A stretch of 64,000 nucleotides of DNA from Eledone cirrhosa (GCA_964016885.1 OZ024759.1:13454001-13518000); one strand, 5' to 3'. Numbered from the stretch's first letter, positions 1-11,572 are shown. Made by a program: numbers and translations. The notes: generated by a model from the letters alone, not told the origin.

Positions 1-333
1 AAGACACTACTTATGCCATTAACCCTTTCATTACCATATTTCTAATGAAAGACACTGTCTATGTCATTAACCCTTTCATTACCATATTTCTAATGAAAGA
101 CACTGTCTGTCATTAACCCTTTCGCTACCATATTTCTAATAGAATACATTGCCTAAATCTTTTAATTACTTTTGAAAAAAAAATTGAGGAATTTAGTAAT
201 ATACTAAATTTTTTCATTGTTGAAGTAATATTTAGCATATAACTTAATGAATTCTAACTATATCATTACCATATAAAGGCCACTGCCTATGGTTTCCAAT
301 TGATCAAACATTTAGGGGGATTTAGTAATATAA

Positions 334-833
334 TTCAAAGAAGTACTAACATCAAAACAAGTTTCTTATCATTTGAAGGCTAAGATCTTCGACACTTACA
401 TCCTACCAGTTGTGTTATATGGTCTTGATTGTGTTAATTGGACGACAAGGTCACTTCAGAAGCTCTCTACATTCCAGAACCACATCATGAGACTTATGAC
501 TGGCAAGTGGCTCAGTGACCATATCTGTATTAGTGAGCTGCTCAACATTACCAGACTGAGACCAATTACATCAATTGTCAAGTCAAGAGTATGCAAACTA
601 TACGGTCATATAAAAAGATCAACTGGTGGTGTGAGTAGGTTATGCCTGGAAGGAAGGTTGGCTGGTAAGAGAAGCATGGGCCAGCAGCCAAAACGATGGC
701 TTGACAATGTCAACTTATGGACTAAACTTGACCTTTGCTCTTTAAACTCTGCTGTTGGTGATTGAACTTTGTGGAGAAAAATATCTCATGTTGATGCACA
801 GTCTGCAACAGGTGGAGTGAGTGTCTAGGAAGA
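334..833 (+). mobile_element. 5'-truncated RTE-type LINE 3' fragment
   Basis: ORF 373-765 has RTE C-terminal motifs (ILPVVLYG...KLYGHIKR...LEGRLAGKRSMGQQPKRWLDNV). GAAGAAG tail and a 10-bp target-site duplication AGTAATATAA at 324-333 and 834-843. Confidence 0.85.
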
Positions 834-1119
834 AGTAATATAACAAATTTAATTATTAAGCTGGTATTTGGAACATAACTAATAAAGGTTCTTATATAAA
901 ATTATGTTGGAAGGATTTTATATAACTATAAACACTTTAAAACAAACAGCCTTGTATTGTAGAACTAAGGGTGTTTGTTGTTAGAAGTATTAAGCTGGTG
1001 TTTGAAACAAAACAAGTTCTTACATAAAATTATGTTGGATGGCTTTTAGATAAATAAAAACACTTGAACATAAACAGTTTCAGGTAGTTTGGTAAGAAAT
1101 GGATTAAGAAATTGATATT

Positions 1120-1850
1120 CCTTTTCTTCTTTGCCCACTTATTCCTGAGAGGGTCCTGGGATAGAGTCGTCAAACACTCCTCCCAGCGGGTCCTGTCAGA
1201 AGCAACAGTCGCCAACTGATTCGGCTGGATCCCCAAGCAAGACCAGCCATGCTCATGGATGTTATCCAACCATCTTGCTCGAGGCCTACCCCTGGGTCTC
1301 CTACTGGCTGGTTTTGCCTGTAAAATCTGCCCAGCAATTCTTTCCTGAGATATTCTAACCACATGCCCATAGTGTCGGACAACATGCCCAGTGTCGGACA
1401 ACATGCCCATAGTGTCGGACAACATGCCAGTGTCGGACAACATGCCCAGTGTCGGACAACATGCCCATAGTGTCGGACAACATGCCAGTGTCGGACAACA
1501 TGCCCATAGTGTCGGACAACATGCCAGTGTCGGACAACATGCCCAGTGTCGGACAACATGCCCATAGTGTCGGACAACATGCCCAGTGTCGGACAACATG
1601 CCCATAGTGTCGGACAACATCCCAGTGTCGGACAACATGCCAGTGTCGGACAACATGCCAGTGTCGGACAACATGCCCATAGTGTCGGACAACATGCCCA
1701 TAGTGTCGGACAACATCCCAGTGTCGGACAACATCCCAGTGTCGGACAACATGCCAGTGTCGGACAACATGCCCAGTGTCGGACAACATGCCCATAGTGT
1801 CGGACCATATTCCCATAGTATCGGAGCTTTGATCTTTCAATTCATAAAAG
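1120..1850 (-). mobile_element. RTE LINE 3' fragment containing an internal tandem array
   Basis: Encodes YGHVVRISQERIAGQILQAKPASRRPRGRPRARWLDNI; homologous to 17864-18250 and 39895-40316. Possible TSD TTGATATT at 1112-1119 and 1851-1858. Confidence 0.8.
1361..1824. repeat. 18/19/21-bp minisatellite (CATGCC[C][AT]AGTGTCGGACAA), ~24 copies
   Basis: Tandem units read directly; the unit corresponds to the RHYGHVVR codons of the host LINE. Confidence 0.95.
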
Positions 1851-2074
1851 TTGATATTAAAAGTTTTTAATATAAATATGAACACTTTAAAATGGGGTGG
1901 GGGTTACATTTTCCTCATAGAGCCAGGGACATTTTCAGATGGTTTGGTATCAAAAGGGTTAAGCTTATCATAGATAGCATGTGTGTTTGTGTGTCACTTT
2001 TTAAATCTTGTAGAAAAGGGGTTTGTTTGTTGTATTAAATCAAATTAACTTCATAGATACTCCCCTCTGTTGAT

Positions 2075-2800
2075 TTGTTGGCAGTCTTTAAACTGGTTCT
2101 AACCAGTTGTTTGTGGTCATGTTGCAGCACTGTGCATGTCTTACTGGCACTCTTGAAATTGGTTCCAACTTGTTGGTTGTGGCCATGCTGTACCATTGTG
2201 TGTCTTACTGGCAGTCTTTAAACTGGTTCTAACCAGTTGTTTGTGGTCATGTTGCAGCACTATGCATGTCTTACTGGCACTCTTGAAATTGGTTCCAACT
2301 TGTTGGTTGTGGCCATGCTGTACCACTGTGTGTCTTACTGGCAGTCTTTAAACTGGTTCTAACCAGTTGTTTGTGGTCATGTTGCAGCACTATGCATGTC
2401 TTACTGGCACTCTTGAAATTGGTTCCAACTTGTTGGTTGTGGCCATGCTGTACCACTGTGTGTCTTACTGGCAGTCTTTAAACTGGTTCTAACCAGTTGT
2501 TTGTGGTCATGTTGCAGCACTATGCATGTCTTACTGGCACTCTTGAAATTGGTTCCAACTTGTTGGTTGTGGCCATGCTGTACCACTGTGTGTCTTACTG
2601 GCAGTCTTTAAACTGGTTCTAACCAGTTGTTTGTGGCCATGCTGCAGCACTGTGCATGTCTTACTTGCAGTCTTTAAACTCGTTCTAAACAGTTGTTTGT
2701 GGCCATACTGCAACACTGTGCATGTCTTGCTAGCACCACATTTTATACTGGTTCTAACCAGTTGTTTGTGGCCATGCTGCAGCACTGTGCATGTCTTGGT
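2075..2800. repeat. ~65-bp satellite organised as a 130-bp dimer
   Basis: Near-identical ORFs recur at 2141, 2271, 2401 and 2531 (period 130). Two related monomers (GGCAGTCTTTAAACTGG... and GGCACTCTTGAAATTGG...) alternate. Confidence 0.9.
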
Positions 2801-2914
2801 TCCCTAATGGGAACATATTTCATTATTTTATTCTCAGTTTTTGTTTTTTTAAGATTGTTAAATTCCTTGAAAATATTACCTCATGTATTCTATGATGTTT
2901 TGTTGTCATCTTGT

Positions 2915-4210
2915 AAATAATAATAATAATAACAACAGTAATAACAACCACACTAATAACAACCACACTAATAACAACAGTAATAACAACCACAGTAATA
3001 ACAACTGTAATAACAACCACAGTAATAACAACAGTAATAACAACCACAGTAATAACAACCACAGTAATAACAACCACAGTAATAACAACCACAGTAATAA
3101 CAACCACAGTAATAACAACCACAGTAATAACAACCACAGTAATAACAACCACAGTAATAACAACCACAGTAATAACAACCACAGTAATAACAACCACAGT
3201 AGTAACAATAACAGTAGAAACAACTGTAATAACAACCACAATAACATCCACAGTAACAACAGCAATAACAGTAATAACAATAACAGCAATAACAATAACA
3301 GCAATAGCAATAACAGCAATAACAGTAACAACAGCAATAACAATAACAGCAATAACAGCAATAACAATAACAGTAACAACAGCAATAACAATAACAGCAA
3401 TAACAGCAATAACAGCAATAACAGCAATAACAATAACAGCAATAACAGTAATAACAATAACAACCACAATAACAGTAACAACAGTAATAACAGAACAACA
3501 ACAGTAACAACAACAGTAGTAAATGTCAATCTTGGATTTAGAAGTTATTAGTAATGTTTTCTAAATTTAGACACTGTATGTATTAATATTGATATTGATA
3601 ATGATAATGATATTGATAATGATATTGATATTGATAATGATATTGATAATGATATTGATGATGATATTGATAATGATATTGATATTGATAATGATATTGA
3701 TAATGATAATGATATTGATAATGATATTGATAATGATATTGATAATGATATTGATAATGATATTGATAATGATAATGATGATATTGATATTGATTATTGA
3801 TGATGATGATGATATTGATAATGATATTGATGGTGGTATTGATAATATTGCTAGTAGTATTGATAATTGTATTGATGGTATTGCTAATATTAATAATAGT
3901 ATTGATAATATTTATAATAATATTAATAGTAATGATAATAGTATTGATAATTGTAATGGTAATATTGATAACTGTTATGATAATTGTAATTGTAATGATA
4001 ATATTGATAATTGTATTGATAATAGTATTGATAATTGTTATGATAATTATTATGATAATTATAATTGTTATGATAATTATAATTGTTATGATAATTATGA
4101 TAATTGTTATGATAATTATAATTGCTATGATAATTATGATAATTGTTATGATAATTATAATTGTTATGATAATTATGATAATTGTTATGATAATTATGAT
4201 AATTGTTACT
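2915..4210. repeat. Compound trinucleotide-type low-complexity tracts (AAC/AAT/AGT, then GAT/ATT)
   Basis: AATAACAACCACAGT 15-mers, then GATATTGATAAT and TATGATAAT repeats. Confidence 0.95.
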
Positions 4211-4394
4211 AATTTTGAAGCTCCAGTCCACCAATTTAAGTTGAAGGGAAAGTTGATTATATAGACCCCAGCGTATGACTGGTATTTTGATGATAATAAT
4301 AATAACAACAATAATAATAATAATAATGATGAATTCTAACATTGATAATTATAATAATAATGGTGATAATAATAAACTGGTATTTGATTTTTAG

Positions 4395-4471
4395 CCACCG
4401 CGGCCACCACCACGTATAAAATCAAGTGTGACTCGAGGCTCTCCAAAGATATACTCCCATGTCACAGATAG
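4395..4471 (+). CDS. DENND1: Internal exon of probable DENND1/connecdenn (PPRPPPRIKSSVTRGSPKIYSHVTD)
   Basis: TTTTTAG acceptor and AG|GTAAGT donor; 77 nt ending in phase 2, which matches the phase-2 start of the exon at 12532. PPRP resembles the post-DENN RPPRP motif of DENND1A (recalled, not searched). Confidence 0.65.
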
Positions 4472-4570
4472 GTAAGTCCCTGTTTACATTCCTTTTCCCA
4501 CACTTTAGGGCTCCCTGCGTTATTACCAGCCCCATTCTATTACTAAGGATCTCATTCACTCTTCAATTAA

Positions 4571-4778
4571 CCCTTTAGCATTTAAACCAGCTGTATCCGG
4601 CCGGAATTCTCTCATCTCTTTCTGTTCAAACCGGTCATAAATGGCCACTCATACTGATGTTAAGGTATTGTTCTCAAAATAAATAATATCAAAATCTCAT
4701 AGATTTGATATTATGTGAGGTAAAACCTTTACCACAAAAATACAATAGTAAATATAGAGTAATGTAAATGCTAAAGGG
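4571..4778 (+). mobile_element. piggyBac-type MITE, 208 bp
   Basis: Perfect 14-bp TIR CCCTTTAGCATTTA/TAAATGCTAAAGGG, TTAA on both sides. Confidence 0.9.
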
Positions 4779-4971
4779 TTAAACATTTTTATCTATTTTA
4801 AATTTCAGAGTTATCTCCCTTAATTGCCGCTAGGTAAAGGAAGAAAGGTGGGGGGAGAGGTGTGTAGACTCCACCAAGGTGAGAGGGGGTGTTTCGTTTG
4901 CACCCTGCAGACAATTGAAAATATTGATAGTAAGTCAAAGTATGAAATCATGGTAAATATTTCTGGATTAA

Positions 4972-5181
4972 CCCTTTGGCATTTAAACCAGCCAGAATTC
5001 TCTCACCTCTTTCTGTTCAAACTGGCTGTAACTGGCTGCTCATACTGATGTTAAGGTATTGTTCTCAAAATAAGTAATGTCAAAATCTCATAGATTCGAT
5101 ATTATACGAGATATTATGTGAGGTAAAGCCTTTACCATGAAAATACTATAATAAATATAGAGTAATGTAAATGATAAAGAG
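4972..5181 (+). mobile_element. piggyBac-type MITE, same family
   Basis: Homologous to 4571-4778, TTAA flanks, slightly degenerate TIRs. Confidence 0.85.
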
Positions 5182-5379
5182 TTAAACCATGGTTTATGGT
5201 ATTTCACCACATTAAAGTTGTTATCCTACATGTGGACAGCATTGAGAGACAGACAGGTGGAGAATATTTCTTGTAAAATGTCTCCTTTTTTCTCCATATC
5301 TAACAACATATACACAACTTGTTCAACTAACTTTCCTATCTAAAAGTCTGTATTGAAGCAGTTAACTTAAGATTAAAGG

Positions 5380-7370
5380 TTCTTCTCCTTATCGTGTCCA
5401 CAAGAGTGTCAGTTATAAAGCTTGGCTAGATGTGGTTCTGCCACAGCTGAACACATTGCTGTCCCTGTGTCCACAAGAGTGTCAGTTATAAAGCTTGGCT
5501 AGATGTGGTTCTGTCACAGCTGAACACATTGCTGTCCCTGTGTCCACAAGAGTGTCAGTTATAAAGCTTGGCTAGATGTGGTTCTGCCACAGCTGAACAC
5601 ATTGCTGTCCCTGTGTCCACAAGAGTGTCAGTTATAAAGCTTGGCTAGATGTGGTTCTGTCACAGCTGAACACATTGCTGTCCCTGTGTCCACAAGAGTG
5701 TCAGTTATAAAGCTTGGCTAGATGTGGTTCTGCCACAGCTGAACACATTGCTGTCCTTGTGTCCACAAGAGTGTCAGTTATAAAGCTTGGCTAAATCTGG
5801 TTCTGCCACAGCTGAACACATTGCTGTCTTTGTGTCCACAAGAGTGTCAGTTATAAAGCTTGGCTAAATGTGGTTCTGCCACAGCTGAACACATTGCTGT
5901 CCTTGTGTCCACAAGAGTGTCAGTTACAAAGCTTGGCTAGATGTGGTTCTGCCACAGCTGAACACATTGCTGTCCTTGTGTCCACAAGAGTGTCAGTTAT
6001 AAAGCTTGGCCAGATGTGGTTCTGCCACAGCTGAACACATTGCTGTCCTTGTGTCCACAAGAGTGTCAGTTATAAAGCTTGGCTAGATGTGGTTCTGCCA
6101 CAGCTCAACACATTGCTGTCCTTGTGTTCACAAGAGTGTCAGTTATAAAGCTTGGCTAGATGTGGTTCTGCCACAGCTGAACACATTGCTGTCCTTGTGT
6201 TCACAAGAGTGTCAGTTATAAAGCTTGGCTAGATGTGGTTCTGCCACAGCTGAACACATTGCTGTCCTTGTGTTCACAAGAGTGTCAGTTATAAAGCTTG
6301 GCTAGATGTGGTTCTGTCACAGCTGAACACATTGCTGTCCTTGTATCCACAACAGTGTCAGTTATAAAACTTGGCTAGATGTGGTTCTGCCACAGCTGAA
6401 CACATTGCTGTCCTTGTGTCCACAAGACTGTCAGTTATAAAGCTTGGCTAGATGTTGTTCTGCCACAGCTGAACACATTGCTGTCCTTGTGTTCACAAGA
6501 GTGTCAGTTATAAAGCTTGGCTAGATGTGGTTCTGCCACAGCTGAACACATTGCTGTCCTTGTATCCACAACAGTGTCAGTTATAAAACTTGGCTAGATG
6601 TGGTTCTGCCACAGCTGAACATATTGCTGTCCTTGTGTCCACAAGACTGTCAGTTATAAAGCTTGGCTAGATGTGGTTCTGCCACAGCTGAACACATTGC
6701 TGTCCTTGTGTCCACAAGAGTGTCAGTTATAAAGCTTGGCTAGATGTTGTTCTGCCACAGCTGAACACATTGCTGTCCTTGTGTCCACAAGAGTGTCAGT
6801 TATAAAGCTTGGCTAGATGTTGTTCTGCCACAGCTGAACACATTGCTGTCCTTGTGTCCACAAGAGTGTCAGTTATAAAGCTTGGCCAGATGTGGTTCTG
6901 CCACAGCTGAACACATTGCTGTCCTTGTGTCCACAAGAGTGTCAGTTATAAAGCTTGGCTAGATGTGACTTTTGCACGACCAACACCAGATCTTTGTCTG
7001 TTTAGGCATTTCCACACTGCAGAGTGTGTATCTGCTCGGGGGATGGGGGTAGTGCCTCACTTGCCTTTAGCTCCATTGTTGTTACAGATGGAAGGTTAAG
7101 TTTTTCTTCCCAGTGAGTGACTCTTTCATTACATATGCTTGATGTTCCAAGGGGCGTGATACACCTTAGGAAACTTTTCCTGGATTTAAGGGGGCTTTTG
7201 GCTGGTACATGGCCGAAGAGATAACACATTAGAACTTGAATGTGTATTGGTAATTTTGAATCAGCAATAATGAAGAATTGTTTTGTAGGGAATTATTCTT
7301 GTATTCTTGCCATATTTCTTTCTAACAGGAGGTCACTCTCTCCAGTTTCAACAGAGTAAGTGAAATATAA
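5380..7370 (-). mobile_element. RTEX/Ingi-like LINE 3' fragment with amplified terminus
   Basis: 6965-7370 encodes FGHVPAKSPLKSRKSFL...W...EALPP and WKCLNRQRSGVGRAK in broken frames. GAGAAGAA tail at ~5380; the terminus matches the LINE ends at 56330-57085. Confidence 0.7.
5394..6967. repeat. 73-bp minisatellite, ~21.5 copies
   Basis: Unit GTGTCCACAAGAGTGTCAGTTATAAAGCTTGGCTAGATGTGGTTCTGCCACAGCTGAACACATTGCTGTCC(C/T)T; starts at 5394 and 5467. Confidence 0.95.
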
Positions 7371-7415
7371 ACCAGTTTCTAAGGGATATGAAACTCAAAG
7401 GATTCTAATACCAAC

Positions 7416-7561
7416 CTCTCTCTCTCGCTCTCGTTCTCTCTCTCTCGCTCTCTCTCTCGCTCTCTCTCTCTCGCTCTCTCTCTCTCGCGCTCTCTCTCTC
7501 GCTCTCTCTCTCTCGCTCTCTCTCTCTCTCGCTCTCTCTCTCTCTCGCTCTCTCTCTCGCG

Positions 7562-7598
<37 letters not shown>

Positions 7599-7789
7599 GC
7601 TCTCTCTCTCGCTCTCTCTCTCTCGCTCTCTCTCTCTCTCGCGCTCTCTCTCTCGCTCTCTCTCTCTCGCTCGCTCTCTCTCTCTCGCTCTCTCTCTCTC
7701 GCTCGCTCTCTCTCTCTCGCTCTCTCTCTCTCTCTCGCTCGCTCTCTCGCTCTCTCTCTCTCGCTCTCTCTCTCTCGCTCTCGCTCTCT

Positions 7790-7825
<36 letters not shown>
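7416..7825. repeat. (CT)n/(CG)-interrupted and (TA)n microsatellite
   Basis: Direct reading. Confidence 0.95.
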
Positions 7826-7830
<5 letters not shown>

Positions 7831-7880
7831 TAAACAAATAATGAATAAACAATTCCTTATATTAAACAAAAAAAGTTCAT

Positions 7881-8015
7881 TATTTAACGATCGTTTCTAG
7901 GATATATATGTGTTAGAATTGGTATGCATATTCAACAGATCTATGTACAAAATTATACAAATTATCAAGATTAAATATACATACCAAACACATATATACG
8001 CCGTCTTCAGAAATA
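7881..8015 (-). ncRNA. Type-I hammerhead ribozyme motif with very long stem II
   Basis: Minus strand: TATTT-CTGAAGA-[~105-nt hairpin]-GAAA-CGATCG-TT-AAATA. Confidence 0.6.
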
Positions 8016-8167
8016 TATATATATATATATATAAACAATGAGTTATTTAATTTGTTGATTATTCAATAAATTTAATTTATAACAGATTAGAAGCACTCAA
8101 CAGGATTCTTCTGGAGTATAATATCAATAATGTTAATAAATGGAAGCTATCTTTATAAAACCATATT

Positions 8168-8228
8168 TATTTTATTATATATATTTCAAGGGTACCAACA
8201 TTTTGGTACGCTCTCATCAGATAAAATA
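8168..8228 (-). ncRNA. Minimal type-I hammerhead ribozyme motif
   Basis: Minus strand: TATTTTAT-CTGATGA-GAGCGTACCAA-AATG-TTGGTACCCTT-GAAA-TATATA-TA-ATAAAATA. 8-bp stem I, 10/11-bp stem II, palindromic stem III. Confidence 0.8.
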
Positions 8229-8298
8229 CAAAAATTGGTTTATAGATAGTGACATATTCAGAAAAGAACTTAATGTTGTGAGTTCTATTTGAATAGTC

Positions 8299-8356
8299 TA
8301 TTTTATCTGATGAGAGCATACCAAAATTTTGGCACCCTTGAAATATATATAAAATA
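8299..8356 (+). ncRNA. Degenerate hammerhead, inverted partner of 8168-8228
   Basis: CTGATGA at 8307-8313 and GAAA at 8340-8343. Two stem-II substitutions and a shortened TATA segment disturb the cleavage site. Confidence 0.6.
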
Positions 8357-8417
8357 ATGGTTTTATAAAGATATATTCTATTTATTAATATTATTGATAT
8401 ATATTTATATATATATA

Positions 8418-8626
8418 TAGTGTTTCAAAAAATTAGATATCATTTGAGATGTAAATATCTCAGAAACTACAAAGTCTACGACAACGAGACTGAGTAGATT
8501 TAAAGTTGAGCAACATAAGATTTATTCACCCAAATTTGTCAACATTGTAACACTAATTCACAATATATAGTGGTAGTTTCTGGGATATTTACATCTCAAA
8601 TGACATCAAATTTTTGAAATACACTA
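8418..8626. mobile_element. Tc1/mariner-type MITE
   Basis: ~55-bp TIRs (AGTGTTTCAAAAAATTAGATATCATTTGAGATGTAAATATCTCAGAAACTAC and its inverse), TA flanks. Confidence 0.75.
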
Positions 8627-8650
8627 TATATATATTAGTATATATGTGTG

Positions 8651-8726
<76 letters not shown>

Positions 8727-8828
8727 TGTGTATATATATGTATATATATATATATATATACGTGTGTGTATATATGCATATATGTATGTGCATATATATA
8801 TATACACACACATATGTGCATATATATA

Positions 8829-9128
8829 TCATCATCATTTCATTTTACGTCCGCTTTTTCTCTGCTTTTACGGGTGGGACGGGAACTGATTCTGGCTTGA
8901 TTTCTACAGCTGGATGCCCTTCCTAACACCAACCTCATTTACAGTGAGTGCTGGGTGCTATTTTGCTGTGGCACCTCCACGACCTCATTTCTACAGCTGA
9001 GTAAACTGGAGCAATGTGAAATAAAGTGTCTTACTCAAGGAAACAACACATCACCCGGTCTGAGAATTGAACTCACAACCTTTCGATTGCAAGCCCAATG
9101 CTCTAACCACTAAGCCATGTGCCTCCAT
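8829..9128 (-). mobile_element. tRNA-derived SINE (CORE-like segment, AGGAAGGGCATCCAGCTGTA segment, RTE-type tail)
   Basis: Minus strand has an A box (TGGCTTAGTGG), a B box (GAGTTCAATTC), CCTTGAGTAAGACACTT and a (GAT)n tail. Homologues at 18914-19292, 41360-41690 and 48675-48980. Confidence 0.85.
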
Positions 9129-9267
9129 GTGCCTCCATATATGTGCATATATATACACACACGCATATATATATATGTGTGCATGTATACACACACGCAT
9201 ATATATATATATATATGTGTTGTCTCACCATTGCAAGCAGGGAAAAGCGGATGTAAAATGATGATGA

Positions 9268-9302
<35 letters not shown>

Positions 9303-9429
9303 ATGTGCATATACATTAACACTTTATCAGCTACAAACCAAGCGACTCACTCTTTTCAGCTCAGCTCTGCCTCATTCTTATATTCATTCTGTCGTCTTTA
9401 ACACTATATTTCTTTTCTGTGATGTAGTA

Positions 9430-10720
9430 AATAGAATCTGTGATGGAAGTTGTGAAGGGGAATAGTGAGATGGTTGGGTCATGTGTTGAGGAAGGATGGA
9501 AGTGGCTGGGTGAGAGGAATAGAGTCTGTGATGGATGTTGTGAAAGGGAATAGTGAGATGGTTGGGTCATGTGTTGAGGAAGGATGGAAGTGGCTGGGTG
9601 AGAGGAATAGAGTCTGTGATGGATGTTGTGAAGGGGAATAGTGAGATGGTTGGGTCATGTGTTGAGGAAGGATGGAAGTGGCTGGGTGAGAGGAATAGAG
9701 TCTCTGATGGATGTTGTGAAGGGGAATAGTGAGATGGTTGGGTCATGTGTTGAGGAAGGATGGAAGTGGCTGGGTGAGAGGAATAGAGTCTGTGATGGAT
9801 GTTGTGAAGGGGAATAGTGAGATGGTTGGGTCATGTGTTGAGGAAGGATGGAAGTGGCTGGGTGAGAGGAATAGAGTCTGTGATGGATGTTGTGAAGGGG
9901 AATAGTGAGATGGTTGGGTCATGTGTTGAGGAAGGATGGAAGTGGCTGGGTGAGAGGAATAGAGTCTGTGATGGATGTTGTGAAGGGGAATAGTGAGATG
10001 GTTGGGTCATGTGTTGAGGAAGGATGGAAGTGGCTGGGTGAGAGGAATAGAGTCTGTGATGGAAGTTGTGAAGGGGAATAGTGAGATGGTTAGGTCATGT
10101 GTTGAGGAAGGATGGAAGTGGCTGGGTGAGAGGAATAGAGTCTGTGATGGAAGTTGTGAAGGGGAATAGTGAGATGGTTGGGTCATGTGTTGGGGAAGGA
10201 TGGAAGTGGCTGGGTGAGAGGAATAGAGTCTGTGATGGATGTTGTGAAGGGGAATAGTGAGATGGTTAGGTCATGTGTTGAGGAAGGATGGAAGTGGCTG
10301 GGTGAGGGGAATAGAGTCTGTGATGGATGTTGTGAAGGGGAATAGTGAGATGGTTGGGTCATGTGTTGAGGAAGGATGGAAGTGGCTGGGTGAGAGGAAT
10401 AGAGTCTCTGATGGATGTTGTGAAGGGGAATAGTGAGATGGTTGGGTCATGTGTTGAGGAAGGATGGAAGTGGCTGGGTGAGAGGAATAGAGTCTGTGAT
10501 GGAAGTTGTGAAGGGGAATAGTGAGATGGTTAGGTCATGTGTTGAGGAAGGATGGAAGTGGCTGGGTGAGAGGAATAGAGTCTGTGATGGAAGTTGTGAA
10601 GGGGAATAGTGAGATGGTTGGGTCATGTGTTGGGGAAGGATGGAAGTGGCTGGGTGAGAGGAATAGAGTCTGTGATGGATGTTGTGAAGGGGAATAGTGA
10701 GATGGTTAGGTCATGTGTTG
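9430..10720. repeat. 88-bp minisatellite, ~14.5 copies
   Basis: Unit starts at 9461, 9549 and 9637. The unit translates to RWLGHVLRKDGSGWV, an RTE C-terminal motif. Confidence 0.95.
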
Positions 10721-11439
10721 ATGAAAGTGACCAGTATTTCTCATTAACACCTTTGGGACCAGGTATGGTACAACTCAAAGTATCTAACTCTTTATTGTGC
10801 TTCTTATTAACATCAAGGTACATCTTATTAACATCAAGGTATATCTTATTAACATTGTGGTACTCTGTTAGATATGGTACTTCTTCACCACAGATTTCTA
10901 GTTATCCAATGCCTTCACAATTCTGTTTCTTGCATTAATTAATTAATTAATAATTTTTAATTACCTCAATGAAATGTTAACTCCACATTTTTTCTTTAGT
11001 TACAACAAACCACATTAACAAGGTACAAAACAACACTATGACTACATCACATTAAATATTGAAGTCTTTACTCTATTACTGCAAATTTTCACAATCTGTC
11101 CACTAGTAAAGATACTATAAATACTTGAATTAACAAGACATTCTTTACAAGGTACAAAACAACACTATGACTACATCACATTAAATATTGAAGTATTTAC
11201 TCTATTGCTGCAAATTTTCACAACTATCTGTCCACTAGTAAAGATAATATAAACATTTGAATTAATAAATCCCACTTTTTAATATTTTCTGTTTAATCAT
11301 TCTAGAATTTTAATAAATAACCGACTAACGTCTCCACTGAAATTTGCTATTCTTGTGCTCAAATAAAAAAAACCCATTATTATTATTATTATTATTATTA
11401 TTATGTTAGCCTTTGTGGCCAATAAAGAAACCATAGAGT

Positions 11440-11572
11440 TACGTCCCTTTATGATCTGAGTTCAAATCCCGCCGAGGTTGACTTTGCCTTTCATCCTTAC
11501 AGGGTCGATAAAATAAAGTACCAGTAATGCACTGGGTAATTGCTGGCCTTGTGCCTAAAGTAGAAACAATTA
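11440..11572 (+). mobile_element. Nin/Deu-domain SINE
   Basis: B box GTTCAAATCC followed by GCCTTTCATCCTTACAGGGTCGATAAAATAAAGTACCAG. Further copies near 12395, 13110, 36315, 41121, 44345 and 54322. Confidence 0.8.

Larger units (their letters stand above)
117..1958. mobile_element. TTAA-flanked piggyBac-type MITE remnant interrupted by two LINE insertions
   Basis: Left end TTAA-CCCTTTCGCTACCA and right end TGGTATCAAAAGGG-TTAA (12/14 inverted match). The left end also recurs as a ~48-bp tandem at 1-140. Confidence 0.5.

Noticed and set aside
2823-4342. Long poly-N/L/I/C ORFs; likewise YI/HT/ER-repeat ORFs throughout
   Set aside because: Translations of microsatellites.
5394-6967. CRISPR-like regular arrays (also the 48-, 78- and 88-bp arrays)
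   Set aside because: No unique spacers, no cas genes and a eukaryotic context; these are contiguous tandem repeats.
9050-9128. tRNA gene
   Set aside because: A and B boxes run straight into a SINE body and no full cloverleaf is evident; treated as a SINE head.
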